DNA of 64,000 bases from Octopus vulgaris (lineage: Eukaryota): the NCBI GenBank assembly GCA_951406725.2, contig OX597814.1, forward strand, positions 34,596,001 through 34,660,000. The letters are read 5' to 3'. Of the stretch, positions 11,032 to 22,895 are shown one piece after another (positions within the stretch are counted from its first letter, which is position 1; each line of letters opens with the position of its first letter). Made by a program: the position numbers and the translations under genes. The notes below the pieces were generated by a model. That model was given only the letters and a program-made list of their open reading frames with translations. It was not told the DNA's origin and made no database searches.

Positions 11032-12830
11032 CATACATACATACAGACATACATACACACGTACATACATACAAGCATACATTTATGCTTACATACATAT
11101 ATATAAGTTTTATCTTAACTCATTTTCCGGATGTGGTATCTGCAGAATTCTCATAAATTCAGCATAAATAAATGCTGAGTTCAAATCCTGCAGCGAGAAA
11201 TTTCGCCTTTTATCCTTTAGGAGTCAATAAACTAGGTACGAATCAATTAGTGGAGTCAATATAATCGACTTGCCCCTTCCAACAAATTCTTGACCTTATG
11301 CCTAAATTGAAAAAAAATTATTGTTATTATCGCCCTGATCCTAAAATAGTAGTTTAACAAAAGGTGTGTGCCTTTTAGGATATCAAACCCTGGCATGCAA
11401 CTAACCGTGTTTATGAAAGTATATATGTATGTATGCATATGTATATAAGATATATAATATGCATGCTTTTGAATGGATTTAAAGTTCGCTTTGAATCATG
11501 AAATCAAATCCCTGGCAGAATTTCACCGGACGAAAACTTGTGTTTGGTCGACCCATGACTTACTGAAATTTGCTAGGCGGTAACTATTGCAAAGCTCAAG
11601 TGACATGATGCTCCAGTAATTAAAAGGGGTCGCCATTTACACTACCACATATGCTGTAATGTAGTTAGTAGTTATACCTTTCATGAGACATGGAAAATAC
11701 TGTTCGAAAGTAACTAAAGATCCATTTACATATTTGCATGTATAATTAAAATACAACATAAATTCGACGCTATTTTTTGATTTGAAATTAATAAGAAATG
11801 TTACATTAATATCTTCTCATCGTTCTACAGATAAATGAGATCTAAAACGACGAGAGGCGGGTGTTGAAGTCGTTTAATCACGAGCAGATATCAAAAACAT
11901 TTCTTCATCACGCTGACATTCCTAGATATTTAGGGTAGCTTCTGCTTTCAGTTACATCCGTGTATCAGTTGGATGTATTTATCAAATTGAATCAAGGAAG
12001 TCTCTGATAACATTTTCGAAGTTAAATTACTTTCGGTAAGGGCACGTCAGCCACAGAACAACAATTGAAGACTTATTCATAAAACGAAGAAATTAATAAT
12101 TACGTTAAATGTCAGATGAAATATTGCGTTCATGACATTGACAAAAAACTGACCTTCCTCCTCCAACAGAATGTCATCAAATTACGTTTTAAAACATGTA
12201 TATTTATTTGTTTTGTTTTATGTGCATGCCTATGTGTGCATATGTGTGTATGTGTGTGAGAGTGTGTGTGACTCTGTGTGTGCGTTTGAGTGCGTGTGCA
12301 TCTGTATGCGTAATTTTTGTAATACGTGGGAGTATAAATTTAGGTAAAAAATAAATCCGACAAATAAAAACCCAAAAAGCAAAGAACCCAACGGGAACCA
12401 CCACAGACACAACAAGTATGAGGAAACGAGGAAAACAATGCAGTCACTCGACCTGCTAGAAATAGCAACCAAGTCTAATTTATTTCACATCGCTACCATC
12501 TTGACGAAGTGAAAACTCGTTGGATAATACCGTTTTAGATACATTATCCTGAGAAATTGATACATAATCAAAACTAGAACACCTTTAATATAGGTTTATA
12601 TGAAACGGCCGAACGAGGGGGTTAATAACAAAAAACAACAACAACAACGACAGCACAACAGCGGCGGTGGCAGTAATAATTTTAAGCTTTGGTGCAAGGT
12701 TAATGATTTTAAAGAATGCAATGTACCATAGATAAAAGGATGAATAGAAAAATCCAAATACTTTGGGATACGAAATTAAAATATAAAGGAATTTGAGCTA
12801 ATAAGCATTTCAACACGCATAGTGTGATAC

Positions 12831-13227
12831 TTTTCTACTCTAAGCACAAAGCCTGAAATTTTTGGGGAGGGAACCAGTCGATTAGATCAACACCAGTACG
12901 CAACTGGTACTTAATTTATCGACCTCGAAAGGATGAAAGGCAAAGTCAACCTCGGCGGAATTTGAACTCAGAATGTAGCGGCAGACGAAATACCTGTTTC
13001 TTTACTACCCACAAGGGGCTAAACACAGAGGAGACAAACGAGGACAGACAAACGGGTTAAGTCGATTATATCAACCCCAGTGCGTAACTGGTACTTAATT
13101 TATCGACCCCGAAAGGATGAAAGGCAAAGTCGACCTCGGCGGAATTTGAACTCAGAACATAGCGGCAGACGAAATACCGCTGAGCATTTCGCCCGGCGTG
13201 CTAACGATTCTGCCAGCTCGCCGCCTT
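12831..13227 (-). mobile_element. Dimeric tRNA-derived SINE with Meta-like core
   Basis: Head aaggcggcgagctggcagaatcgttagc and two copies of the core gtcgactttgcctttcatcctttcggggtcgataaattaagtaccag. Degenerate 16-bp TSD at 12815-12830 and 13228-13243. Confidence 0.88.
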
Positions 13228-13369
13228 ACGTATAACGTAATACTCTACTATTTCTAAAGCTCTATCTTATTTAGCGTTAATAATTATTTCCAACGGGGAA
13301 GATTTGTTGATTTAAGCAACCTTAGTGAAATACCGAAGCTTTACTAATAAGGAGAAACTATTAAAATAT

Positions 13370-14960
13370 AGCTCAAAATATCAAACTGTAATCGAATGAT
13401 ATTGCGGATAACAGTGTTTTCATTAAATGACCGGTACCAGCTTTACCTACGCCAGTAGGAATAACGGCAAACCAATCACGGTTGAATTTGAACTTAGAAT
13501 ATAAAGAGACTGAACTGAATACCAACGCTGCCAAATCGCCCTTTTTACCGCAAAATGCTTTGCATCACTTCGTCCGTCTTTACGTTCTGTGTTCAAATTC
13601 TGCCGAGGTTGATTTCCCTTTAATCATTACAGGTCGATAAAATAAGTATCAGTCATGTAATGGGGTAGATGTAATCGACTTGTCCCCTAAAAACGAGCAG
13701 AAAAAAAATTAAAAGGCAGTGTTGACCTCCAGCAGAATTTGAAGGCAAAACATAAAGGATTGGAATAAATAATTTAAAGTATTTTGTCCGATCCTAACGT
13801 TTCTCCTAATCCATTGACCCGAATCTACAACTCCGCTACCTCCTACTACTGCTTATAATAATTACCCTATTTGTCGGCGTATAAGACGCACATTTTTTGT
13901 TTTAAAAATCTATAAAAAACTGCCCTTTGTCTAATGTGATCGTATTACGGTTGGGAGATTGTAGGTGTCGATAGGAATATGAACGCGCATAAGTTCACTA
14001 GGCACAATCATTGTTATTAAAATATTGAGAGCAAGCCAAATTATTACTGACTGTTAGCATGAACTTAGGAAAAAATTGCTTACAAAATGCTGGCAGTTAT
14101 GTGGGGAGGTCACATCTTATCATATCTCCTGCCCCAGCATACACAACCCTCACTTCATATATGCCTTGCATTATTTAATGACCCTGTTGCTTTTCAGAAA
14201 CAGTTTTTAATAATCTAATTGAGAAATTCTCTTCGAAAAAATGAATTTGAACTGAGGATGTAAAGAGGGATGAAATATCCCTAAGCACTTTGTCCGGTGT
14301 GCTAACGATTCTACGAATATTAATTTCTGATTTAGATACAAAGCCAGCAAATTTAATGACAGCAAGTTAGTCGATACTATGGACCCCAGTACTTCACTAG
14401 TACGTTATCTTGTCGCCATCAAAAATAAGAAAGGTAAAGTTGGTCTCGGTGGAATTTGAACTGAGAACAGACTGGGCCGGAAGAACTATCGAATCGCATT
14501 GTGTCTAACATTCTAACGATTCTGCCACATCAGCACATTGAGTCTACTTCTAATGATAATTATTTATGAGCGGTATAGAACACAATCATTAGCGATTCGA
14601 TCAAAGTACCTTGTGGTATTTGATTAGGTCCCTTTATCTTTTGCATTTATATAACGCTGACCTCAACTTTATCTTTCATACTAGTGAGATCAATAAAATA
14701 ACTACTGGTCTATGATCAATATAATCGATCATACATTTGAAGGCGGTGCACTAGCATGGTTACACTCCAATGACTAAAACTGATAAAAGAATAAAATGGA
14801 TAAAATATTTTCCGATATAGGCACAAGGTCGCACTTTTGTGAAAAGAGGTGTAACTGATTAAATCGACCGAAACCTGATTGATATTTTGTTTAATTGATC
14901 TCGGAATAATGAAAAGTAAAATCGCCCTCAATGGTATTTGAAATCAGAAGGTAATTAAAC
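13370..14960. mobile_element. Cluster of old Meta-like SINE fragments on both strands
   Basis: Repeated decayed gaatttgaact / ggtcgataaaataagta / ctaacgattct motifs at about 13480, 13590, 13740, 14250, 14450 and 14930. Confidence 0.65.
13863..13935 (+). mobile_element. Solitary pogo/Tigger-like terminal sequence
   Basis: taccctatttgtcggcgtataagacgcac resembles the end at 15456. No partner end found. Confidence 0.45.
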
Positions 14961-15457
14961 AGCACAAAATTATTTCTGAGACACTCTACTAACTCTGTAA
15001 TTCATTAATGTATTACATTTTGATTTCGTATATCATTGTATGAGTGGGGAAATGTTGAATTATTGTAATAGCTGAACTTTTAACACAGAAAAAGTGCATT
15101 GGCATTTCTGCTATATTTTTATTAACTAATGCTGCTTTTGTGTGTGAATGTATATGTAAGTAAATATGCATCTATGTATAAGTTTGTATGGGTGTATACG
15201 ATATTCTATGAATCTCATGTATGTATGTATGTATGTATGTATGTATGTATGTATGTATGTATGTATGTATGTATGTATGTATGTATGTATGTATGTATGT
15301 ACTTATGTATGTGTCTGTCTGTGTGTCTGTCTGCCTATCTGTCCGTCCGTCTTTCTGTCTGTCTCTGAGTGTATCTATTTGCATTCCTCTCCATATTACA
15401 GTCTCTGACTGCCTGCTTATCTGTGTGTCTGTCTATCTATCTATCTATCTATCTATA

Positions 15458-17291
15458 CCGTATATGCCGACGTATGATACGATTGTGTATACAAGACGAC
15501 CCCCCAGGATTACCATTTAAAAAGTGGGTTTTGAGCTACACTTGCTGTATAAGGCTATTCCAAGTTTTCATGGAAAATAGCTCGAATGCCGAAGGCGCGA
15601 GTTTCATAGCTAAAGGGGTCGGGTGTGCTGTACCTTCTCCAGCAGCCCCTGAAGCCTCTGCTTTTCTTGTGTGTCAATAGGGTTTTAACTATGTTTCAAA
15701 CAGTAAATTTTATATGCAGTTTTGGTTGTTTAAATTTTATCCATTTCTTTCCAAAAAGTGGCCGAATATTGTAAATAACTTACCATAATACACATCAAAT
15801 GTACCTGGCTGGTGTAAACACTACCGTAGTGATGTCACTTAGGTGTCGGTTATTTTGCAGGACCTAACATGGTGTCAAGTATACCATAATGACACCATTC
15901 ACTTCAAATTGGATTTACAGATTTACTTACGATATATATAATATTAGAAATATTGTTATAAAGTCCACTGCTAGTGTTTCATTTAATTTGTAAATTTTGT
16001 TTTGCTTCACGAGACTCTTGGTCCTGAAACAACGTATCCATTTTGACGCTGGTCACGGACCATATCTGATACATGCTTCTCTAGAATCAGCCAGTGTGCA
16101 GTACCTCTTCTCATTGCACATTTTGTCCTCGATATACTACTTAGTACTCCTTTGTGGAGGCACATGACATAGTGGTTAGAGCAGCGGACTCGCGGTCGAG
16201 GGATCGCGGGTTCGACTCTCAGACCGGGCGATATGTGTGTTTATGAGCGAAACACCTAAGCTCCACGCGGCTCCGGCAGAAGATAATGGCTAACTTCTGC
16301 TTACACTTTCGCCACAACTTTCTCTCACTCTTTCCTCCTGCATCTTGCAGCTCACCTGCAACGGACCGGCTTCCCGTCCAAGGAAACCCGGGAAACCGGC
16401 CCTTATGAGCCAGGCGTGGCTCGAGAAGGAACAAACAAGTCTTCCTTTAATCTTCAAACTCTTATAATCTCGGTTACACCGCATTCTCTTCCAGCAGCAC
16501 AGTTGTTGTGAGACTTGGCGTATGCTAACACTTTCAGCTTAAAACGAGCTTCATATTTCCTTCTTATCCCTTGGAACTATGAGGGGTTTTTACAGTTGCT
16601 GGGAATTAATGTTCATCCAGTGAGAGTACTGCCGCTTATGAAACAGTGACAACTTGAGCCTTTCCAAGAAACCCTGTCTGTAAATGCTTAAAAGTAACCG
16701 CTAACAGTGAGGTTTATTGTGATTGGTCTGACTGACACGAACTGGCCAGTCACATAAGGTAGCGGTGCATGCTGCTAATTTGCTGTAACAGGTAGGTTAG
16801 TTAATGTAAACTACACTTGTCCTGAAAGGCCTCGGCTGGCTGAGCGCTGCATGAGAGATCACTCTAACGAGGCAGTATAAACTGAGCAGATCCTGCCACC
16901 CAGCTCAACGGACTGATTGTTTATGTTTTTTGTTCGTCAGCTGTTGCAAATGGCGACTGGGTTCTGTCCACTAAGTTTGCTGTGCTGTCATTTTAATATA
17001 ATCTTACTATCAATCCTGCTTCCCAAATATACGCGTAAGTATCAGTAGAAAATACTGAGATGCAAAACCATAGGATCTATGAGTATTTTACGGTACCCTC
17101 CATCGATATGTGCAGGCGTCAATAGAAAATACCGTGCTGTAGAACCATAGCATGTATGCGAGTGCTTTACACTGTTCTCCATTGACATTGGTGCTATTCT
17201 AAACCACAGGAAATTAAAGTTCAGATTTTATACGGGGTGTATTAGACGACCCCTAGTTTCGTAGTGATTGTTTTAAAGTTTAGAATCCGTC

Positions 17292-17300
<9 letters not shown>
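15458..17300 (-). mobile_element. Internally deleted pogo-like (POGK-type) DNA transposon
   Basis: End TA|ccgtatatgccgacgtatg with subterminal gtgtat..agacgacccc at both ends. Minus-strand transposase N-terminus RRKYEARFKLKVLAYAKSHNNCAAGRECGV (Brinker-type DBD, 16440-16570) continues as ..TKCAMRRGTAHWLILEKHVSDMVRDQRQNGYVVS (CENP-B HTH, 16010-16150). No DDE domain seen. Confidence 0.8.
16154..16437 (+). mobile_element. tRNA-derived SINE inserted into the pogo transposase
   Basis: A-box and B-box head (tagtggttagagc...gggttcgactc) and an aacaaacaa tail. Imperfect TSD agtactccttt / agtcttccttt. Confidence 0.9.
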
Positions 17301-17352
<52 letters not shown>

Positions 17353-17367
17353 TATATATATCCTTAT

Positions 17368-17758
17368 GGTGGTGGAAGCACTCCGTCGGTTACGACGATG
17401 AGGGTTCCGGTTGATGCGACCAACGGAACAGCCTGCTCGTGAAATTAACGTGTAAGTGGCTGAGCACTCCACAGACACGTGTACCCTTAACGTAGTTCTC
17501 GGGGATATAATCAGCGTGACACAGAGAGTGACAAGGCCGGCCCTTTGAAATACAGGTACAACAGAAACAGGAAGAAAGAGTGAGAGAAAGTTGTGGTGAA
17601 AGAGTACAGCAGGGATCACCACCATCCCCTGCCGGAGCCTCGTGGAGCTTTAGGTGTTTTCGCTCAATAAACACTCACAACGCCCGGTCTGGGAATCGAA
17701 ACCGCGATCCTACGACCGCGAGTCCGCTGCCCTAACCACTGGGCCATTGCGCCTCCAC
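17368..17758 (-). mobile_element. Young full-length tRNA-derived SINE
   Basis: Head gtggaggcgcaatggcccagtggttaggg...ggtttcgattccc. Perfect 12-bp TSD atatatccttat at 17356-17367 and 17759-17770. Nearly identical to 63268-63654. Confidence 0.95.
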
Positions 17759-17928
17759 ATATATCCTTATACACACTCACTGTGGACAGATAGACGTACA
17801 ACTAGTATTGATACACTGGTAATAGCATGCTGAAATTTCTGCGAACAGTAGTTTAATGACCACACACACACACATTCTTTTCTGTATGTGTATGTATATA
17901 TATATATATATATATGTATATTAAATTA

Positions 17929-18498
17929 CAAATTAAAAGCAACTCTAATAACATTATCTATCGCAGATACATAGTATAAGTGTTTCGATTATACGCTAAT
18001 TTGCTGCCTGATACAGTCATGGTGAACCTCCGCCTAATGTTAAAGAACACTGAAAGCAAAACAACACGCCCCGAAGTGAGCAAAAATGATCAATATCAAT
18101 ATTTCGCTATTACTGTAGCTCTTCGGTACCATATACACAAATAGTCTCAATATGCTGATCTGCTGTGGCGTAGCACATGTGAAACAAAATATAACTTCAA
18201 ATTAAAAGCAGCTCTAATAATGTAAACATTATCGGTTGCACATACATAGTGTATAAGTTTATTTATACGCCAGTTTGATGCGAGATGTCGTCCTGGGAAA
18301 AGACCTTAGACGACGCCGAGTATTAAAGAATTCTGAATACCTCAGACCAGGCGAGACAATTCGCCCCAAGATGAGCAAGAATAATGGATATCGATATTTC
18401 GCTAAAATTATTCAGTATTCTTTAGCACTCGGCGTCGTTTAGGGAGTTTTCCTAGAACACTATTGTGCAGCAAATCAAGCACTGTGTATGAACAACCG

Positions 18499-18501
<3 letters not shown>
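17929..18501. repeat. Degenerate tandem duplication (~269-bp period) followed by a partial inverted copy
   Basis: caaattaaaagca.ctctaata...atatttcgcta starts at both 17929 and 18198. 18408-18501 is the reverse complement of about 18230-18339 (acgacgccgagt / actcggcgtcgt). Confidence 0.8.
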
Positions 18502-18552
<51 letters not shown>

Positions 18553-18564
18553 AATGTATGTATG

Positions 18565-18628
<64 letters not shown>

Positions 18629-18678
18629 ATATATATGTATATATATGTATATATATATATATATATACATACATATAT

Positions 18679-18710
<32 letters not shown>

Positions 18711-18711
18711 G

Positions 18712-18747
<36 letters not shown>

Positions 18748-18764
18748 TACATACATACATACAT

Positions 18765-18798
<34 letters not shown>

Positions 18799-19080
18799 GT
18801 ATATATATATATATATATATATATTGGAGAAGCCTATAACCTTTGACGTCGATAAATATAGCTTACTAACTTCCTACACCTAGATACTTGGATCCTACTA
18901 TTGTATGCATATATGTATGTATGTTTGTATGTATGTATGTATGCATGTATGTATGTATGTATGTATGTATGTATGTATGTATGTATGTATGTATGTATGT
19001 ATGTATGTGTGTGTGTGTATGTGTCTGTATATATACATATGTGTGTTGATGCATATATGTACATATACGTGTACGCATAC
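18500..19080. repeat. (TA)n/(TACA)n/(TATG)n microsatellites
   Basis: Seen directly. Confidence 0.95.
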
Positions 19081-22000
19081 TCGTTTGATCTGTTTATATG
19101 ATCCTTCAACAGTAGAGTAGCTACTTTAGACACTTTATATTCTACAAATGATTTTGTGAAGTATTGCATCATATAGTACATCTGAAGCCAGCCTAGCAAA
19201 GAGTAATGCATCAGTTCTGATCTGGTGCATACGTTATCCTCAGTATTATTGAAACAAGTATCAATTGATTGCAGTCTTAATAGCATCTATTTGAATTTCG
19301 TATTATTTATCCCTTAGACAGTATATGCCAAACGTCACAGATAATGATTCAAAGGCAGATCGACTATTAGGGGTCGGAACAGAGTCTAAACGAATTTTGT
19401 GATTGACGCCTACATTGTAGTCATACATAAATCTCCTTCCAATTTTCACACACCCACGATAGATGTCCACTTGTTACCAACAAGTGGAACATAACTTAAT
19501 ATGCACTGTCCAGTCATTTCCCCCAGCATCACAGCTACTAGTGGTCAAATATACATTGAAAACTTACAAGATTCAAAACATAAAAGTTGGTCTTTAAGCA
19601 CACCGGTAATTTCACTGTTGGACACGAAAGAATTGATCAGTTTTGTGCTGCCAATATTTAATGCATCATTTCACACATGACCATGATTTTTATTATCAAA
19701 GTCTGCAGAGTCCTCCGGCGTAATCACAAATAGTGTGTTTGTGTTTTGCTAACCTTTAAAGCAACTGAAACCTTTAAAGCGGCTGAAAATTTCAATTTCT
19801 GGTCCATCAAGCCTGTGAAGTTATAGATAATATTTTACAGAAGATTTGGCTCACAAATGTGTATTCAAAATTTCTTTGGAGTTCAGGTAATCCCGATACT
19901 GGCATCCTCTGACACATCCAAACACGTGTTAGTTCAATTTAACATGTGGTCCTTCCTGTGCCTTGTAGTTTCAGTGATAAACATATTATTATGAATTTGC
20001 TCCACAATTTCCTTTCGGTTACTTTCTTACCGAGATGCGAGTAATGCATCTTATCCAGCGTCAAAATACTACCTACACTGCCATTTGTTATTTAAAAAAA
20101 CCCACATTAATGTGCAAAATCGAAGTTTAACAATAATTCAGCAAGTAATACTTATAAAGTGAGCAAAGAAATAACAATATTTAACTGAAGTTTTAATATA
20201 ATGTGTATCTAAATAGAACGTTTTTAACTGTTGTGAGTTAAAAGGAAAGGGACCATTTTCCACCAACTAAATAACCAGTCACATAATTTACTCTATAAAC
20301 AGGAAAGTAGTCCATCCATAACAGCAGTCTCGTTATTTCTTCTGTAGCATTGTAAAACAACAGAATCTTTTTTGTATGTTGTGTGGGCTGTGCTTTAAAA
20401 TTAGTTGAGTTGTAAAATTTGAGGGGAAGTAGTTAATCGAATAAATCGACTATAATACTTTTTTGGTACTTGATAATAAAAACAACAACAACAACAGCAG
20501 CAGCAGCAGCAATTTGGACAATATAAATAATTTGTTAAGTCGAAATTACTGCCGTTGTTGTTGTCATGGAAATATTCTATAACTTTCTGGAAAAACTACA
20601 TCCTGTAGTTAGTTGGAAAGTTTCCGTTGTGTATCTTTTGATATGGAAAGTAAAAAAAAAGCAATTTCCATTAGTTTCTGTTAATTCAATAACATAATAC
20701 AGCGTACTATTTTGTAAACATTCGCAAATATATAAATAGATAAACAACGAATCTAAGGAAGTAAAACGGTCGCACACTTAGTCTCAGTATTCATATGCTC
20801 ACACTCACTTGTATAAGTAGTTATATATAGACATTGATAAAGTGTAATATATAAAATATAAATGTACATATAGTCACAAAAAATTATAAGTATATTTATC
20901 CATGCACGCTGCAATATAGACACCTTTGTAGACACACGGTTGCATTGAGAAATAGAGAACACGAGACGGAATAATTAATCATAATAATTATCCAAAGTAC
21001 TTATAAATACTAAGTTTGCATAATACGTGCTTTTTTAAAGATGATTCCAAGTGAAATTGCTTCCACTCATTTAAAACCACAAGAAAATATCTGATATTAC
21101 CAAATTTTTGCCGAGGTATGACAAATTTATTTTCTTTGGAAATAATTTCCGGGATCCAAAATTACCTTTCTGATCCTTTCATATTTGCTAGAGTTTGAAG
21201 TTTCTCCTTTTGTTCTCTCCATACCAACTATACAAATTCAATGTATAGTCCTTCATTGTTCAATGTATTCAAGTTATATTCGTTTGTGTGTGTGTGTGTG
21301 TGTGTATGTGTCTCTCTCTCTCTCTCTCTTTCTCAATCTCTCTGCTCTTCTCTTTCATCCTGTACCCAACCCCTCCTTTACTTTTGCATTTAATCTGTTT
21401 GTAGCCACAAATGCCTATATCTATGAGGGAAAAGTATATACACAAGTGTTTATACTAATCTGCACAGGTCACTACATAAACAGATATGCCCATACATATA
21501 CATAAAGCTAAACGTATACATACATGCATGCATATATACGTATATATGTACAAACATACAAACACATCAAGATTGCTCAGTCAAAAACCAAAAAATATAT
21601 ACATACGTAAAAACGGTTAGAGTGATACAACAAATACGCAGATGTTTACAGAAGCATTTAAAAGTGCAATATTTTAGGAAGTTACTTGTAGATAGTAACT
21701 CTTATGGATATAGCTAAACAAACACGCACATATTTACGCATACATATTGACACCAATACATTTCTACATTCTTAGATGAATTAATGCATTAATGCATGCA
21801 ACCATCTATATATTGTTTTCCAGCAGGAACCTGACATCTAAGATACAACTTCAATTTAAATCTGTAACGCTCCAAAGAATAGATATCTGAGACGGTTCAT
21901 ATAGCTTACGCATGCCGTAAAACTCGAAGAATACTTGATATAATTCAAATTGATAATTCCAAGTTATTTGCTTACTTATTCATTATTACAACAGATTTGT

Positions 22001-22288
22001 AAGACATTTCCGTTTCTACCATTGCTGGCGATCATTTTGCATTATATATAAAATTACAAAGCAGAAAATATGCTAAGCTTGGAAAATTGACAAATTAAAA
22101 TTCATTATGTTTATTTTATTTTAAATCTGGGTGTTTAATTTAAGATTGAGTACTTTCGAAAGCATTTTTCTCTTACTCTATAAATATTTGAGGAAGTATT
22201 TAAACTTTAAACTCCTTGTAAAACAAATCTCTTTTTAAAATGTTCGTTTTAATGTTATATTGCTCACTTTTTATATACGTATTTTGTT

Positions 22289-22895
22289 TATGGCTGCGTG
22301 GTTAAGAAACTCGTTTTGCAACTACGTGGTTTCGAGTGTCCTTTACTATAGCCCCGAACCCACAAATGCCTTCTGAGTGAATTTAGTTGACGTAAACTTT
22401 GTGGAGTGGAGGCGCATGGCTTAGTGGTTAGAGTGTCAGCACCATGATCGTAAAATTGTGGTTTCGATTCCTGGTCCGGGCGACGCGTTGTGTTCTTGAG
22501 CAAAACACTTCACTTCACGTGCTCCAGTCCACTCAGCTGGCAAAAATGAGTAACGCTGCGATGGACTGGCATCCCGTCCAGCTGGGGAACACATATGCTA
22601 TAGAAACCGGGAAACCGGGCCCATGAACCTGGCTAGGCTTTAAAATGGCGCATTTATTTATTAAACTTTGTGGAAGTCTGTCGTGTGTATGTGCATGTGT
22701 AAGTATGTGTGTACCTTTTTGTTTGTTTCTCCGGAACACTCTTTAACAACCGATGAAGGTTCGTTTACATCCATGTAACTTAGTGGTCCGACAAGAGAAA
22801 AATAAGTACTGGGATCGATTTATTCCACTAAACCCGCCAATGTGGTGCCCAAGCATGGCTGTAGTCCAGTGATTAAAACAAGTAAAAGATAAAAG
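22289..22895 (+). mobile_element. Old SINE-like element hosting the 22406 SINE
   Basis: Decayed head tggctgcgtggttaagaa and tail ggtgcccaagcatggctgtagtcc...aaacaagtaaaagataaaa. Confidence 0.6.
22406..22661 (+). mobile_element. tRNA-derived SINE with 13-bp TSD
   Basis: Head gtggaggcgcatggcttagtggttagag...ggtttcgattcc and a (TTTA)n tail. Perfect TSD taaactttgtgga at 22393-22405 and 22662-22674. Confidence 0.95.

Noticed and set aside
17690-17758. SINE heads as real tRNA genes (also 16154, 22406, 40020, 63590)
   Set aside because: Acceptor stems do not close, and the heads are fused to SINE bodies with TSDs.
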